Source of the DNA: Euprymna scolopes
Lineage: Eukaryota
Reading direction: 5' to 3' (one strand)
Assembly (NCBI GenBank): GCA_053919585.1
Contig: CM132792.1
Length of the DNA stretch: 64,000 nucleotides
Program-made: the position numbers and the translations under genes
The notes under the pieces: generated by a model
Database searches by the model: none
Told to the model about the DNA's origin: nothing
Seen by the model: only the letters and a program-made list of their open reading frames with translations
Shown here: piece by piece, positions 53,473 to 64,000 of the stretch
Numbering within the stretch: the stretch's first letter is position 1
Layout: each line of letters opens with the position of its first letter

Positions 53473-55122
53473 AGCTAAAAACTACGGACGACAACAAGCC
53501 TTTTAATCCAGTTCTCGACCCCGTTTTTGTTTGTTTTCGGGAACGACTTGTTTTTGTTTTTAAACAGTAGAATGTAAAAACACACACGCACACATTCAAA
53601 CACGCCTTTATATTTTGGCGCTAGCAAATCTTTTTCCTTTGGTGGGCTTTTCTTTTCTTGTTTTCTGTCTGGTACTCCGTATATATATTTTTTTTCTTCT
53701 TCTTCTTTGCCCCCAAATATATATTCACCTTTTTTTCTTCTTTAGAGCCTACATTTGAGATAGCTGCATTTTTTTCTCCTTTCTCTGTATATATCCTCCT
53801 TGTAACTAGATAGATTCTTCTTCGGCGGCGGCCAGACACACACACGCGCGCACACACACTTTTACTGCGTCTATCTCTTTACTACTCCCACCAAACCTTT
53901 TATACAACAACCAAGTAGGAATACAAGACACAAAGAGGGAGTAGCAGCAAGGCTTACGGTGATCTTGTCGATGATGCTGCTGCTAGTGGTGATAATACTG
54001 ATGATGTTTTTAGTAATAATGATGACGATGATGATACTCTTCGACGGCAGCAGTAGTGTGGGAAAAATGGGAGATAGTGTCGCCGTCGTCTTCGCCGACG
54101 ACATACACACAGTAGCAATAGAAAAGTTCTACCACTGGGCATATAGAAAAATAAATAAACTCCAAAATTAAAAAAAATTATTTTAATCAAAATTAAAAAA
54201 AAAAAAAAATTAACTTTAGTCTGACAAACTTTAGTCCTTATTTCATTAGAATTTGGATATAGGTATCCTTAAAAATATTTCTTCGGTTCGAATTCAAAAC
54301 ACCGTATTATATAAAACTATTTTCAATTAAATAAAAAAAAAATTATATACAAAAACAAATACGATAATAACTATATAAAACGCACGTTGAATATTGTATG
54401 TCCAAACTTTACAGACACGATGAGATTTCGATAAAAGAAAATCAAATCTTTAAAAATTGGTGTTAAAAAAATAAAAACGATTATTTTTCTCAGCCTTTCT
54501 TGGCAATAAACCAAAAATTGTATTTCATTATCGTTTTACGAGTTTTCAACTTTATTTTTACGGAAATCTTTGGTCATACCTAACAACTACTCAACGTGTT
54601 TTGTAACGTAATTATTTATTCAGAAAAAACTATCGGGCTTTGTTTTCGAATAAAAAGCTTCTATTACGTACTTATAGAGAATCAATAAATATAAAGAAAT
54701 ACAAGCTAAGCCAAACTTACGAAAGCCACGTGGATACGGCTAACAGAACTTATGTAAATAGAGTTGGTATTGTTTTCTTTTTTTTTTTTCATTTGACTAC
54801 ATCAACCATCTAGAGACAACAACTAGAACAGTGAGACTAATTGGCTGAGAAAACGAAAGAATTGTCTCACTTTGATTCTTCCCCGAATAAAGGAGGCATA
54901 TCTTTTAAAGAATGAGCGCAGTTAGTTTGCTTTGAAGTGGCTGAGAACAGCAGAAAACACTAAACACGTTTACTAATGATATAAATATCTTGGAATACAA
55001 ATAACTATACTACAATCTATGTTAGAGAAGAAAACAGAAGCGCTCAGTCATTTTTTTTTTTTTTCTTAATAAACCCTGAATCCTTATCCTGCTTCAATAG
55101 AAATATTCAAAGAGGGTGTGCG

Positions 55123-55155
<33 letters not shown>

Positions 55156-55306
55156 GGGAGGGCTATATGGAGAGAGAGGAGGGGGAGGGAGCTACTGATG
55201 TTTCCGTTGTCACCGATTTCTTCCGTGAGATAAATGAAGGAAGAAAAAGAGACCTTTCCGAGGTCTTTTTTCGATTCTTTAAAAAAAGGAAAGAAAAATA
55301 ATATTG

Positions 55307-55338
<32 letters not shown>

Positions 55339-55849
55339 CGCCCGATTGTATTTCCGAGGATTGTGATATTAGTTAAATAAAATCCAAAACTAATGGTAAT
55401 TTCATTGGTGTGTATATTTCAGATTAAAAGTTGTAATATTTCTTACAACTTTTTTTTCCTTCTTTTTTTTTTTTTTTTTTTTTTTAAATTCCATACATTC
55501 TTGTTTGATTTAAACGGGTATTTCTTTTTTAGCAGTTCGCAGTTGTTGTTGTTTTTTGTTTGTTTGTTTGTTTGTTTTAGGGAGGAGGGAGAGAATGTTT
55601 TGTTTTTTTTAATTAAAAAAAAATTTTTTTTTTTTTTCAATTCCAGTATCCAGTGTGATAAAAATCGGTTCAGAATTTAATTGTCAGGCCATATTTAACT
55701 TCTGTTTTATTTTTCTAAAAGAATTTTAAGCGCTCAGTCACGGTATAACACCAATACAAACCCCCCCTTTTTTTTCCTCTCCTACAATAAATTAAATAGC
55801 TATTAAATTTTATAAGGACACTGCCTTGTATAATACGAATAGAAAGTAA

Positions 55850-55892
<43 letters not shown>

Positions 55893-55909
55893 GAGCAAAA
55901 AAAAAAAAC

Positions 55910-56257
55910 TACTACTCCTTTGGTCGCGCTTCTTCGCTTCACTGGTTTTACTTAGCCGCTGGCGGCAGGGCCAATGGAAGTAGATTACATATCGCTCCGA
56001 TCCCAAGTCGAAAGTCGTGAGAGAAATAAATATAGGAAGTAAAGAGTCACGACGCGTTGTACAGAGATCGGTAGGCAGTGTGCGCTGGCCGCTTCCCAAC
56101 TGACTCGACTGCCAAGAAGAACCTGCTTGACAAGGGACTGTGCGTGCGCATCGCGTTCACAGCCGCTACTTTCCTCTTCTTCTTCTTCTTCCGCGTATGA
56201 CGTCACTGGAAACACCCTCTTGCTGTGGATTTCCCCCTTGAACTGACAACCTCCGCA

Positions 56258-56260
<3 letters not shown>
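55910..56260 (-). promoter_or_regulatory. Candidate promoter of the SAM-domain gene
   Basis: CpG/GC-enriched island upstream of the ATG with a full CRE TGACGTCA (56198-56205), CCAAT (55971-55975) and an NRF1-like TGCGTGCGCA (56141-56150). I recognised no transposon copies in 53473-56260, unlike the rest of the window. Confidence 0.45.
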
Positions 56261-56299
<39 letters not shown>

Positions 56300-56398
56300 T
56301 ACATAGTTTTATGGTGATAAAATTTTGACAACTTCTCGTGTATCTGTGTTTCTCGCTATATGAGACTTACACATTATTATACTATTTTTATTTGCTAA

Positions 56399-57030
56399 CT
56401 AGTAGGGAGACCCGAGGTTGCCGGGATTGAATGAGGATCAACGAATTATATTTTATTGTCATCGAAATCGGTGAAATCGATCATTTTTCGATCAAATTGA
56501 TTAATTGCCTTCTTTAGTTGGGAACCCATCGGGATGCAACGTGAGGAAGCTTCACATGCTTCCCCGCAGTGACAGTCTACAATACATCGTAGTTTACATT
56601 GTATTGTAGAGAATCTACTGTTGATTTTATAAAATTATGTTTATATGATGGCTTGAATTCAAGTTTAAAATGCAAAAGTCAAGTATCATGGTTCAGTTGT
56701 GCTCTCAACAGAAACATTAATTACCAATGAATCCACTGTTGATTCTATATGCTACGCCTTTCAGCTTGTGTGGTAATAAAACTTCTCAAATGCACTTGTG
56801 ATGTTAGGCTGTATAAGGTGTTAATTTTAGTCAAAATCACCTGTTCCTCCTTTGATTTGTTCGATTATCGATATTATCAAAGACATTCCGATACAAAGCC
56901 TATTTAAGAACACTGCCAGAAACATGAAGTACATTTGTGTAAAATTCCCAAAAAATCGGCCCAGCTGTTTCAGAGTCCATAGGAAAAGGACTCACAAGCA
57001 CACACACGGTTCCTTTCATATAATAGTAGA
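56399..57030 (-). mobile_element. Helitron-like family (other copies at 2545-3211 and about 6329-6632)
   Basis: ctagtagggagacccgaggttgccggga at one end and tataatagtaga at the other. The body is collinear with 2545-3211. Confidence 0.7.
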
Positions 57031-58160
57031 TATAATTCAAAATCAAAAATGCAAGCACATAAAGTAACAAAAATATATTTTTTTTCATTATTTACGAAAT
57101 TCAATCCACCATAATGCATTTCGGTTTCTTTGTAAACATCTACACCATTATAATCTTTTGTAATTGTTGAAAAATAAAAATGGATGAATTACTTCGCGAC
57201 TCTTCGAAATTTGAAAGGAATTTGGAAGCATTTATATTGCTGAGAAAGTAATTTCTGTCTTTAAAACACCTAGTAAATTCTCATTTATTAAAAGACTGAA
57301 ATTTTTGGAAGCTGTTTCCAACAGATAGAATAATTTTAAAAACAAATATTAAAACAACATTGCTTAAACAAAATTTATTTATAGTTTTTGATTCGATTAA
57401 TAAGTTAATGACAAACGATATTATAATAATCACAATTTCAAAATCCTATCAAATACCATCGGCGTAGTTTTTTAAAAACTGGAGATGGAATAAAAACAAT
57501 GAAACTAAAAAGACTCCCAGACAACACCGGATTGTTACCAAGATAACGCAAAAATCCCCAAATACATAAATCACAAGTTAACCAAAGGCTGTAACAGAGC
57601 GGGCGTGCATATGGCACCAGCTTAACGTATGCAAATGACTGAGCAGTGTGCAAGGTGACGCCATAGGGAAAAAGAAGGAAAGAAAAAGATTATAAAAAAG
57701 AAAAACGTGGTTTGAGAAGGACGAGAAATAGACGTGTTACACACGTGGCCTGAGAGCGACAGGGAAAGACATGTTCTAAACATGGCCGGATAAAGACAGG
57801 ATGACACGGCAGAGTCTTGTTAAGCACATTGGAATAGAAGACGACTTCTGAACAAGACAGGACTTTATTCTGGGAGCACCTGTAAATAAATATCTGTTAT
57901 TTTAACTAGAAAAAAAATCTTTCCTTGTCTTTGTTTCCTTGCGACTGTGTGCTACATACAACATGTGCGTCCCGAGTGTTGACATGTAACAACTATGTTT
58001 CGCTGCTAGTTTGTTGACAACATACAATGATAAATAATTATTCAACAACAGTGAGACACCAAGAATCGTGGTACATAATCGTCATTTTAATGTACCCAAA
58101 CTTCTTTGCGTTCCCAAATTAATGGTCAAAGGCATGCCCCGCAAGCTCTTGAGATGTATA

Positions 58161-58921
58161 TTATGAAGGTCTGTCCAAAAATAAAGCCTCCTTTTTTTAA
58201 TCCAAAAAATTGAAGAGATACAAAGAACAGAGTGGTACCATGAAACGTGCAGTTTTTTATGCTCCTGAATTAATTTTTCTACATAGTCACCACCATTCTC
58301 AACACACATTTACCAGTGATAAACGATGGCTGTGCATGGTCGTCCGGAGCACGGTATGTCATACGAGGATAATTATAAAAGTAAAGCCTTCTATTTTCTT
58401 TTTAAATCAAAAGTTGAAGAGCTACGAAGACGGAAGTGGTACCATTAAACCGTGTAGACTTTTGTGCTTCTGAATTAATTTTTCTACATAGTCACCACCA
58501 TTCTCAACGCACATTTACCAGTGATACATGATGACAGTACATGATCGTCTGGAGAAGGTCGTTCCAAAAGTAAAGTCTTCTATTTTTTTTTTTTACATCA
58601 AAAGTTTAAGAGCTACGAAAACGGAAGTGATACCATTAAAACGAGCGACTATTTGTGCCCCAGAAATTTTTTTTTTACATCGTCACCACCATACTCAATG
58701 CACTTTTGCCGTGAATTCAATGACGCACATCTGCTTCTGACGCACGTCCATGACAGAGGTTGCTTTCTTAGAGTCTCATTCCATCAATAACTATAACAGA
58801 GATGAAACTTTCAGGTCATGAATGCATAGGATCAGTCATCATATGAATACAGTTTGCAATCTAATCCGATCTATTCACAGGGGAATGAAAAAACAGGGGC
58901 ACTACTTTTGAAACGCCCCTC
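58161..58921 (+). mobile_element. Mariner-like non-autonomous element with a triplicated ~195-bp left end
   Basis: Three diverged units start at about 58161, 58362 and 58553 (ta(t/c)ga(a)gg...aaagtaaag.cttc...gtggtaccat.aaac...gtcaccaccattctcaa). The right end acttttgaaacgcccctc is inverted relative to the unit start. Confidence 0.6.
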
Positions 58922-59499
58922 CCCCTCCATCGCCCGTATTTTGTTTTGTTAATTAAATACTTTCTAAAAGAAAATCAATCTCACTATTTGAAATAATAGA
59001 CTTAGTTAAGCCAAATATCCAAGTTAATGTTAACTTTATTACTAACTAGCATGGATGCCCGGCGTTGCTCGGGTGTTTGGAGGTGTGTGTTGAGCAAAAA
59101 AAAAAAAGTGGTAGTAGGAAGGCAGGCTCGAACCCGTACCACGAATGAGGAAAAGAACGGGAGAAAACGTGACGTCTTTGCTGTTACAGCCAACGTCAAA
59201 CCGGAAGTGATGTAGATTTAAATTAAGGCTAGACAATCGAAAAGAGGAATAACTTTCAAAAATATCGGCGAAAAAAGCGACCACCCCCTGTAGAAAAGTG
59301 TTCAGTTGAGGGTGACTAAATTAATGTTATTACCCAATTTTTCGGTATTTATCGTCTGAAGGGTCAAGCTTCAAAACGATACTGATCTTGTAAAAATCCG
59401 TCGCCTCTGTCGAAAGTTTTAGGCAGACATGCAAACACACATTTAGTCGAAAGTTTTAGGCAAGCATACATACATACATTTAGATATTGGTAGCTCAAA

Positions 59500-60795
59500 T
59501 TTTCGACCCAAACTGATGAGAAAGCTTGCTCTACCTCTGAATACCCTTTATGTAAAATTTCAAATATTTAGACCAAAAATTGTCTGAGTAATTTGGAAGA
59601 GACCGCAGAAGTCAATTTTTTTTAAACTTTGACCCCTATTATGACCCCTTAAAATTTATTGTTTTGGGCTCAAACTAAGTTATTAAATTAGATCCATATC
59701 CAAGGAAGCTATATCTAAAATTTCAAGTGCGTAGACCCAAAATTGTCGGAGGAGTTTGGTAGAGTTCTCAAAGGTAAAATCGTTGAACTTTGACCCCTTA
59801 ATCGCCAAATTTCTGGCCCAAATCCGATCACATCGATATTCTCAAATCTCAGTACCCTGTATATCAAATTTCGAGTCTGTAGACTAAAAATTGACAGAGT
59901 TATTGCGTAGGGAAATGTACACACACAGACACACACAGACACACACAGACACACGTTCACTTTTATATATAGATAGACTAGCATGGGTGCCCGGCGTTGC
60001 TCGGGTGTTTGGAGGTGTATACTGAGCAAAAAAAAAGGTCAATTTTTTTACTTGACCCCTATTATGACCCCTTAAAATTTATTGTTTTGGGCTCAAATTG
60101 AGTTATTAAGTTAGATCCATGTCCATGGAACCTATATCTAAAATTTCAAGTGTTTAAACCCAAAATTGTCGGACGAGTTTGGTAGAGTTCTCAAAGGTCA
60201 AATCGTTGAACTTTGACCCCTTAATAGCCAAATTTCTGGCCGAAAACCGATCACATAGATTTTCCCAAATCTCAGTACCCTGTATATCAATTTTCCAGTC
60301 TGTAGACTGAAAATTAACAGAGTTATTGCGAAGGAAAATGTACACACACAGACACACAGACACGTTCACTTTTATAGATATACTAACATTTCAGCCCGGC
60401 GTTGCCCGGGTGTTTGGAAGTGTATGCTGAGCAAAAAAGAAAAAAAAGAAACAGTTTTATTAACTTTGACCCATATTATGACCACTTACCATTTATTGTT
60501 TTGGGCTCAAATTGAGTTATTAAGTTAGATCCATGTCTAAGGAATCTATATCTAAAATTTCAAGTGTTTAGACCTAGAAATGTCGGAGGAGTTTGGTAGA
60601 GTTCTCGAAAGTCAAATCGTTGAACTTTGATCCTTTAATCGCCAAATTTCTTGCCGAAACCCATTCACATAGATTTTCCCAAATCTCAAGTCTGTCGACT
60701 AAAAATTGACAGAGTTATTGCGTAGGGAAATGTACACAGACACACAGACAGGCAGACACAAAGACACACAGACACGTTCACTTTTATAGATATAT
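59500..60795 (-). mobile_element. Head-to-tail tandem trimer of a non-autonomous Helitron-like element (~405-bp unit)
   Basis: Three collinear units. The minus-strand junction ...catgCTAG|TCtatctatatataaa is at 59981-59976 and a second junction is at about 60383. A subterminal hairpin ccc(g/a)gcaacgccggg is present. A monomer of the same family lies at 5864-6264. Confidence 0.8.
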
Positions 60796-61102
60796 GGATT
60801 AAATTTGTTTTGGAACGTACTAACACTTTCGTATTATTAAATTGATCATTAACACTTTTAACTTCAAAATAAGTGCATTAGTCAGGCCTTGATTACAGTT
60901 ATACTTGTGTAAACCGTAATAACCTGATATTGTGGAATGTTGATTGGCAATAGTATACTTTTTAATTTAATTATATACTTTGCCACCCGGATATAAGAGA
61001 CTTATTCTCGGGTGCGGGGACCTCCAGCGCTCTTATATCCGGGTTACATTGTACATTAACACAGGCTCTAATTTGGGACCAGAGAAAATCTTTCTTATAT
61101 CC

Positions 61103-61198
<96 letters not shown>

Positions 61199-62109
61199 GG
61201 GTCTCTTTTTTTATTTTTTTTTTTTTACTAGGTAGATGACTGGAGTAAGGATGCTGGTCAAGCATCACATTGACACTACTCAAGCGTCGGTCAATCAACA
61301 AGGAAATTTTTGCTGATGTTTGAGTACCGCCACTACTCTTGTCACTGGGGTGATCAATCTACAACTAAGAAAGTAGACACAGGCAAAAAAATATGGAAAT
61401 AGTCTATAATATAAATCTCACCAGTCTGTATGTATGTATGTATGTATGTATGTATGTATGTATGTATGTATGTATATCTGCCTAAAACTTTCGATAGAGG
61501 CGACGGATTTTCACGAGATCGGTATCGTTTTGAAGCTCGACTCTTCGGACGACAACTATCGAAAAATTAGCTAAAAACTTTAATTCCTTCACCCTCAGCT
61601 GGGCACTTTTCTACAGGAAGGGATCGCTTTTTTTTTACGCCGATATTTTCGAAAGTCATCCCCGCTTTTAGATTGACTAGCCTTAATTTAAACCTTTGTC
61701 ACTTCAGGTTTGGCAATGGACGCAACAGCAAAGACGTCACGTTTTTTTTTGTCATGCTCTTTTCCTCATTTGCGGTACAGGTAGGAGCCTGCCTACCACT
61801 TTTTTTTTCTTTTTTTTTTCTCAACACACACCTCCAAACACCCTGGCAACGCCAACCACCCAAGCTATTAAAAAATAAAGGACAAACACAGATAAACAGC
61901 TGTAAAATAGAGGCTGTATTCATTTCACTATAATTATCAAAGGAAACAACGTAGAGATGAAAAAGGCTTGATGATGTCACAGGAAGCAGGAGAACTCAAA
62001 AGAAATCATGTACCTGGATAGCAGTAAAGGCTGGGTCAGCAGGAATGAGGGGAATTATATCTTATATATATTATATTATGCATATATTAAATATATTATA
62101 TGCATATAC

Positions 62110-62540
62110 TTGTTTTTACATAAACAGTAAAATGTTGCTACACAGTCATGAGCATGTTTCAGTCAGCTATTTACTAGTAACTATCGACCTCTTCAGGCTA
62201 TACAGCTTATACGAAAGCAAAGGATTTGAGTCCACACCCATATTGGTCTTATTTAGATGCAACCAAATTTTACTTTTCACATTTGACGGAACCTCCTGAT
62301 ATTAACTTCCTATGAAAAAGAAGACCTGATATTTTCATTGCAAAATTTTCTTTCGTATAAGCTATGTCGCCTGAAGAGGTTTCTAGTTATTGGTAACTAG
62401 CTGACCGAAGCATGCTCATGACTGTGTAGCAATATATTATTGCTTATGTAAAAACAAATAAAGAGTATACCCTGCTCTACTTCGGTATTGAGCACTCTTG
62501 TATTCACCTCGTTAAACTACATTGGTTACTTAACCCCTGG
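62110..62540. mobile_element. Inverted-repeat element with degenerate hammerhead-like cores next to (TA)n
   Basis: About 62110-62217 and 62350-62457 are inverted arms containing CTGAAGA-GGT...GAC(C/T)-GAA(A/G)-CATG. The tail has the tattgagcact motif also seen at about 18779-18788 (reverse) and 20437. Confidence 0.6.
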
Positions 62541-62556
62541 AAAACAATAACCTCAG

Positions 62557-62558
<2 letters not shown>

Positions 62559-62638
<80 letters not shown>
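62559..62638. repeat. (TA)n microsatellite, representative of many simple repeats
   Basis: Other (TA)n tracts at about 1320, 6265, 18655, 18944, 20481, 21112, 35339, 35868, 39840, 61106 and 63388. (CA/TG)n at about 835, 1479, 10141, 19920, 46876 and 56258. (GA)n at 6656. (TAA)n at 1911 and 37800. Confidence 0.95.
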
Positions 62639-62641
<3 letters not shown>

Positions 62642-63386
62642 CTGAACGTCTGTGTATGTGTCTGGTCACGAATAGGCTCCTATATGGTTGACTATTATAG
62701 AAAATTGATCACATATAATGATAGAAAATGTATCGAGACAGAGGAATGGGTATGTTTGATCTGGCATAATGATGATTCATTAAAATTGTGGGGTTTGCGG
62801 ACGTGCCTGATCCACAAAGTATCGAAATAAAAAATTTTAGAATTAAAAAAAAAACGTTTACAAATGTTTTTGATATAGATGTACATAATGATACTTTGAT
62901 AAGTATGTTTTAACTTAAATAGGGATGATATAATAAAATTGTGGGGTCTGCGTTAGCGCCTGGCTTCCATAGAATGGAAATAGGCGCAAACTTTAATAAA
63001 GACTTTTCATATCTATCTGCGTAAGTATACTTTGATAATTATGTTTCAGTTTGAAGAAATATGGTATAATAAAATTATGGGGGTGTTCGTTCGCGCATGA
63101 CCTCCATAGAATGGAAATATGTCACAAAGTTTAACAAGGTTTTTTAATATAGATCCACAGAATATTGTGATAAGCGTTTCAGTGTGAACAGGTATGGCAT
63201 AATAAATTATAAAGTTTATCTATTTTATTTTTACCTTCATCATATTTTGCTTTGGTTTTGATACCCCCAAATTCGAAACTATCTCTTTACAACCCTTCCT
63301 TTTCATAGCCTATCATACTTTCATAAATCAGAGTCCATTTTCTGTAGGCTGTTTTTGAACCCAGTCAACGACGGGTACTTTTGCTA

Positions 63387-63387
<1 letters not shown>
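62637..63387 (+). mobile_element. Non-autonomous Helitron-like element within (TA)n
   Basis: Starts tataaagctgaacgtctgtgtatg, has internal ~120-bp imperfect repeats, and ends with hairpin cccagtcaacgacggg and CTAG-T. Confidence 0.7.
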
Positions 63388-63449
<62 letters not shown>

Positions 63450-63450
<1 letters not shown>

Positions 63451-63621
63451 CTACTTCATTTACTCACATAAAATTAATATACGAAAATATAAATTTATGC
63501 GTAAACTTTAAGTATTTACTTCAACAGTGCTCAATACGTAGGTAGAGCTAGTTAGTAAGTTATAAAATATATATGGCGATTAAACTGCACTGAATATTCC
63601 GCGTTTCATCCACTATAGGAT
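63450..63621. mobile_element. Second copy of the 18707 element, interrupted by the assembly gap
   Basis: Collinear similarity to 18707-18874 (ctacttcat...gtaaactttaagtatttacttca...gtgctcaata...tttcatccac...ggat). It is preceded by (TA)n. Confidence 0.75.
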
Positions 63622-63769
63622 NNNNNNNNNNNNNNNNNNNNNNNNNNNNNNNNNNNNNNNNNNNNNNNNNNNNNNNNNNNNNNNNNNNNNNNNNNNNNNN
63701 NNNNNNNNNNNNNNNNNNNNNNNNNNNNNNNNNNNNNNNNNNNNNNNNNNNNNNNNNNNNNNNNNNNNN
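63622..63769. other. Assembly gap (148 N)
   Basis: Run of N bases. Confidence 1.
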
Positions 63770-64000
63770 CTTTCACTTCTGTTCGAGGTGACGAATTAAA
63801 AGCAATTTTATTTTCATAATCTATCTCTTGCGTCCCCGCAATGTTTTTATGAACTTCTATGTCACCCATCGGATAAATAACGCAAGTAGATGTTAATGGC
63901 GTTAGAACCTAATAAAACAAAGAAGGACTTGTCTCTTTAGCGAGTTCGTTGGATGGTTGACCCACATTTTAAAACAACCAAACAAGAAAAATAACTTTCA

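Noticed and set aside
57590-58019. Possible solo LTR (TGTAAC...ACA, AATAAA)
   Set aside because: No matching target-site duplication and no second copy in the window, so it cannot be supported.
274-63869. Remaining short ORFs in the track
   Set aside because: Low-complexity translations of microsatellites, A/T runs or non-coding repeats, many with non-ATG starts.

Overview
AT-rich, microsatellite-dense animal genomic DNA, not prokaryotic. The repeat style suggests an invertebrate, possibly a coleoid cephalopod, but that is inference. The only convincing host coding sequence is a first coding exon on the minus strand (53472-52933) of a SAMD5/SKIP-like SAM-domain gene, ending at a GTAAGT donor. 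A candidate promoter lies near 55.9-56.25 kb, and everything from 1 to 52932 appears to be one very large intron. That intron and the upstream flank contain a 5'-truncated decayed LINE (42138-44265) with shorter relatives, non-autonomous Helitron-like elements (including a head-to-tail trimer), Tc1/mariner derivatives and foldback MITEs. The most interesting content is a set of non-coding retroposons headed by small RNAs: (i) two tRNA/Pol III-headed families ending in minimal type I hammerhead ribozyme motifs, with Penelope-like inverted duplications; (ii) hammerhead-containing near-perfect palindromes (711 bp and about 130 bp) beside (TA)n tracts, whose eight mismatches would all be G-U pairs in the gene's sense RNA; (iii) a U2 snRNA-headed SINE family; (iv) a 5S rRNA-headed SINE family. 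All alignments were done by eye; repeat boundaries are approximate and nothing was database-searched.
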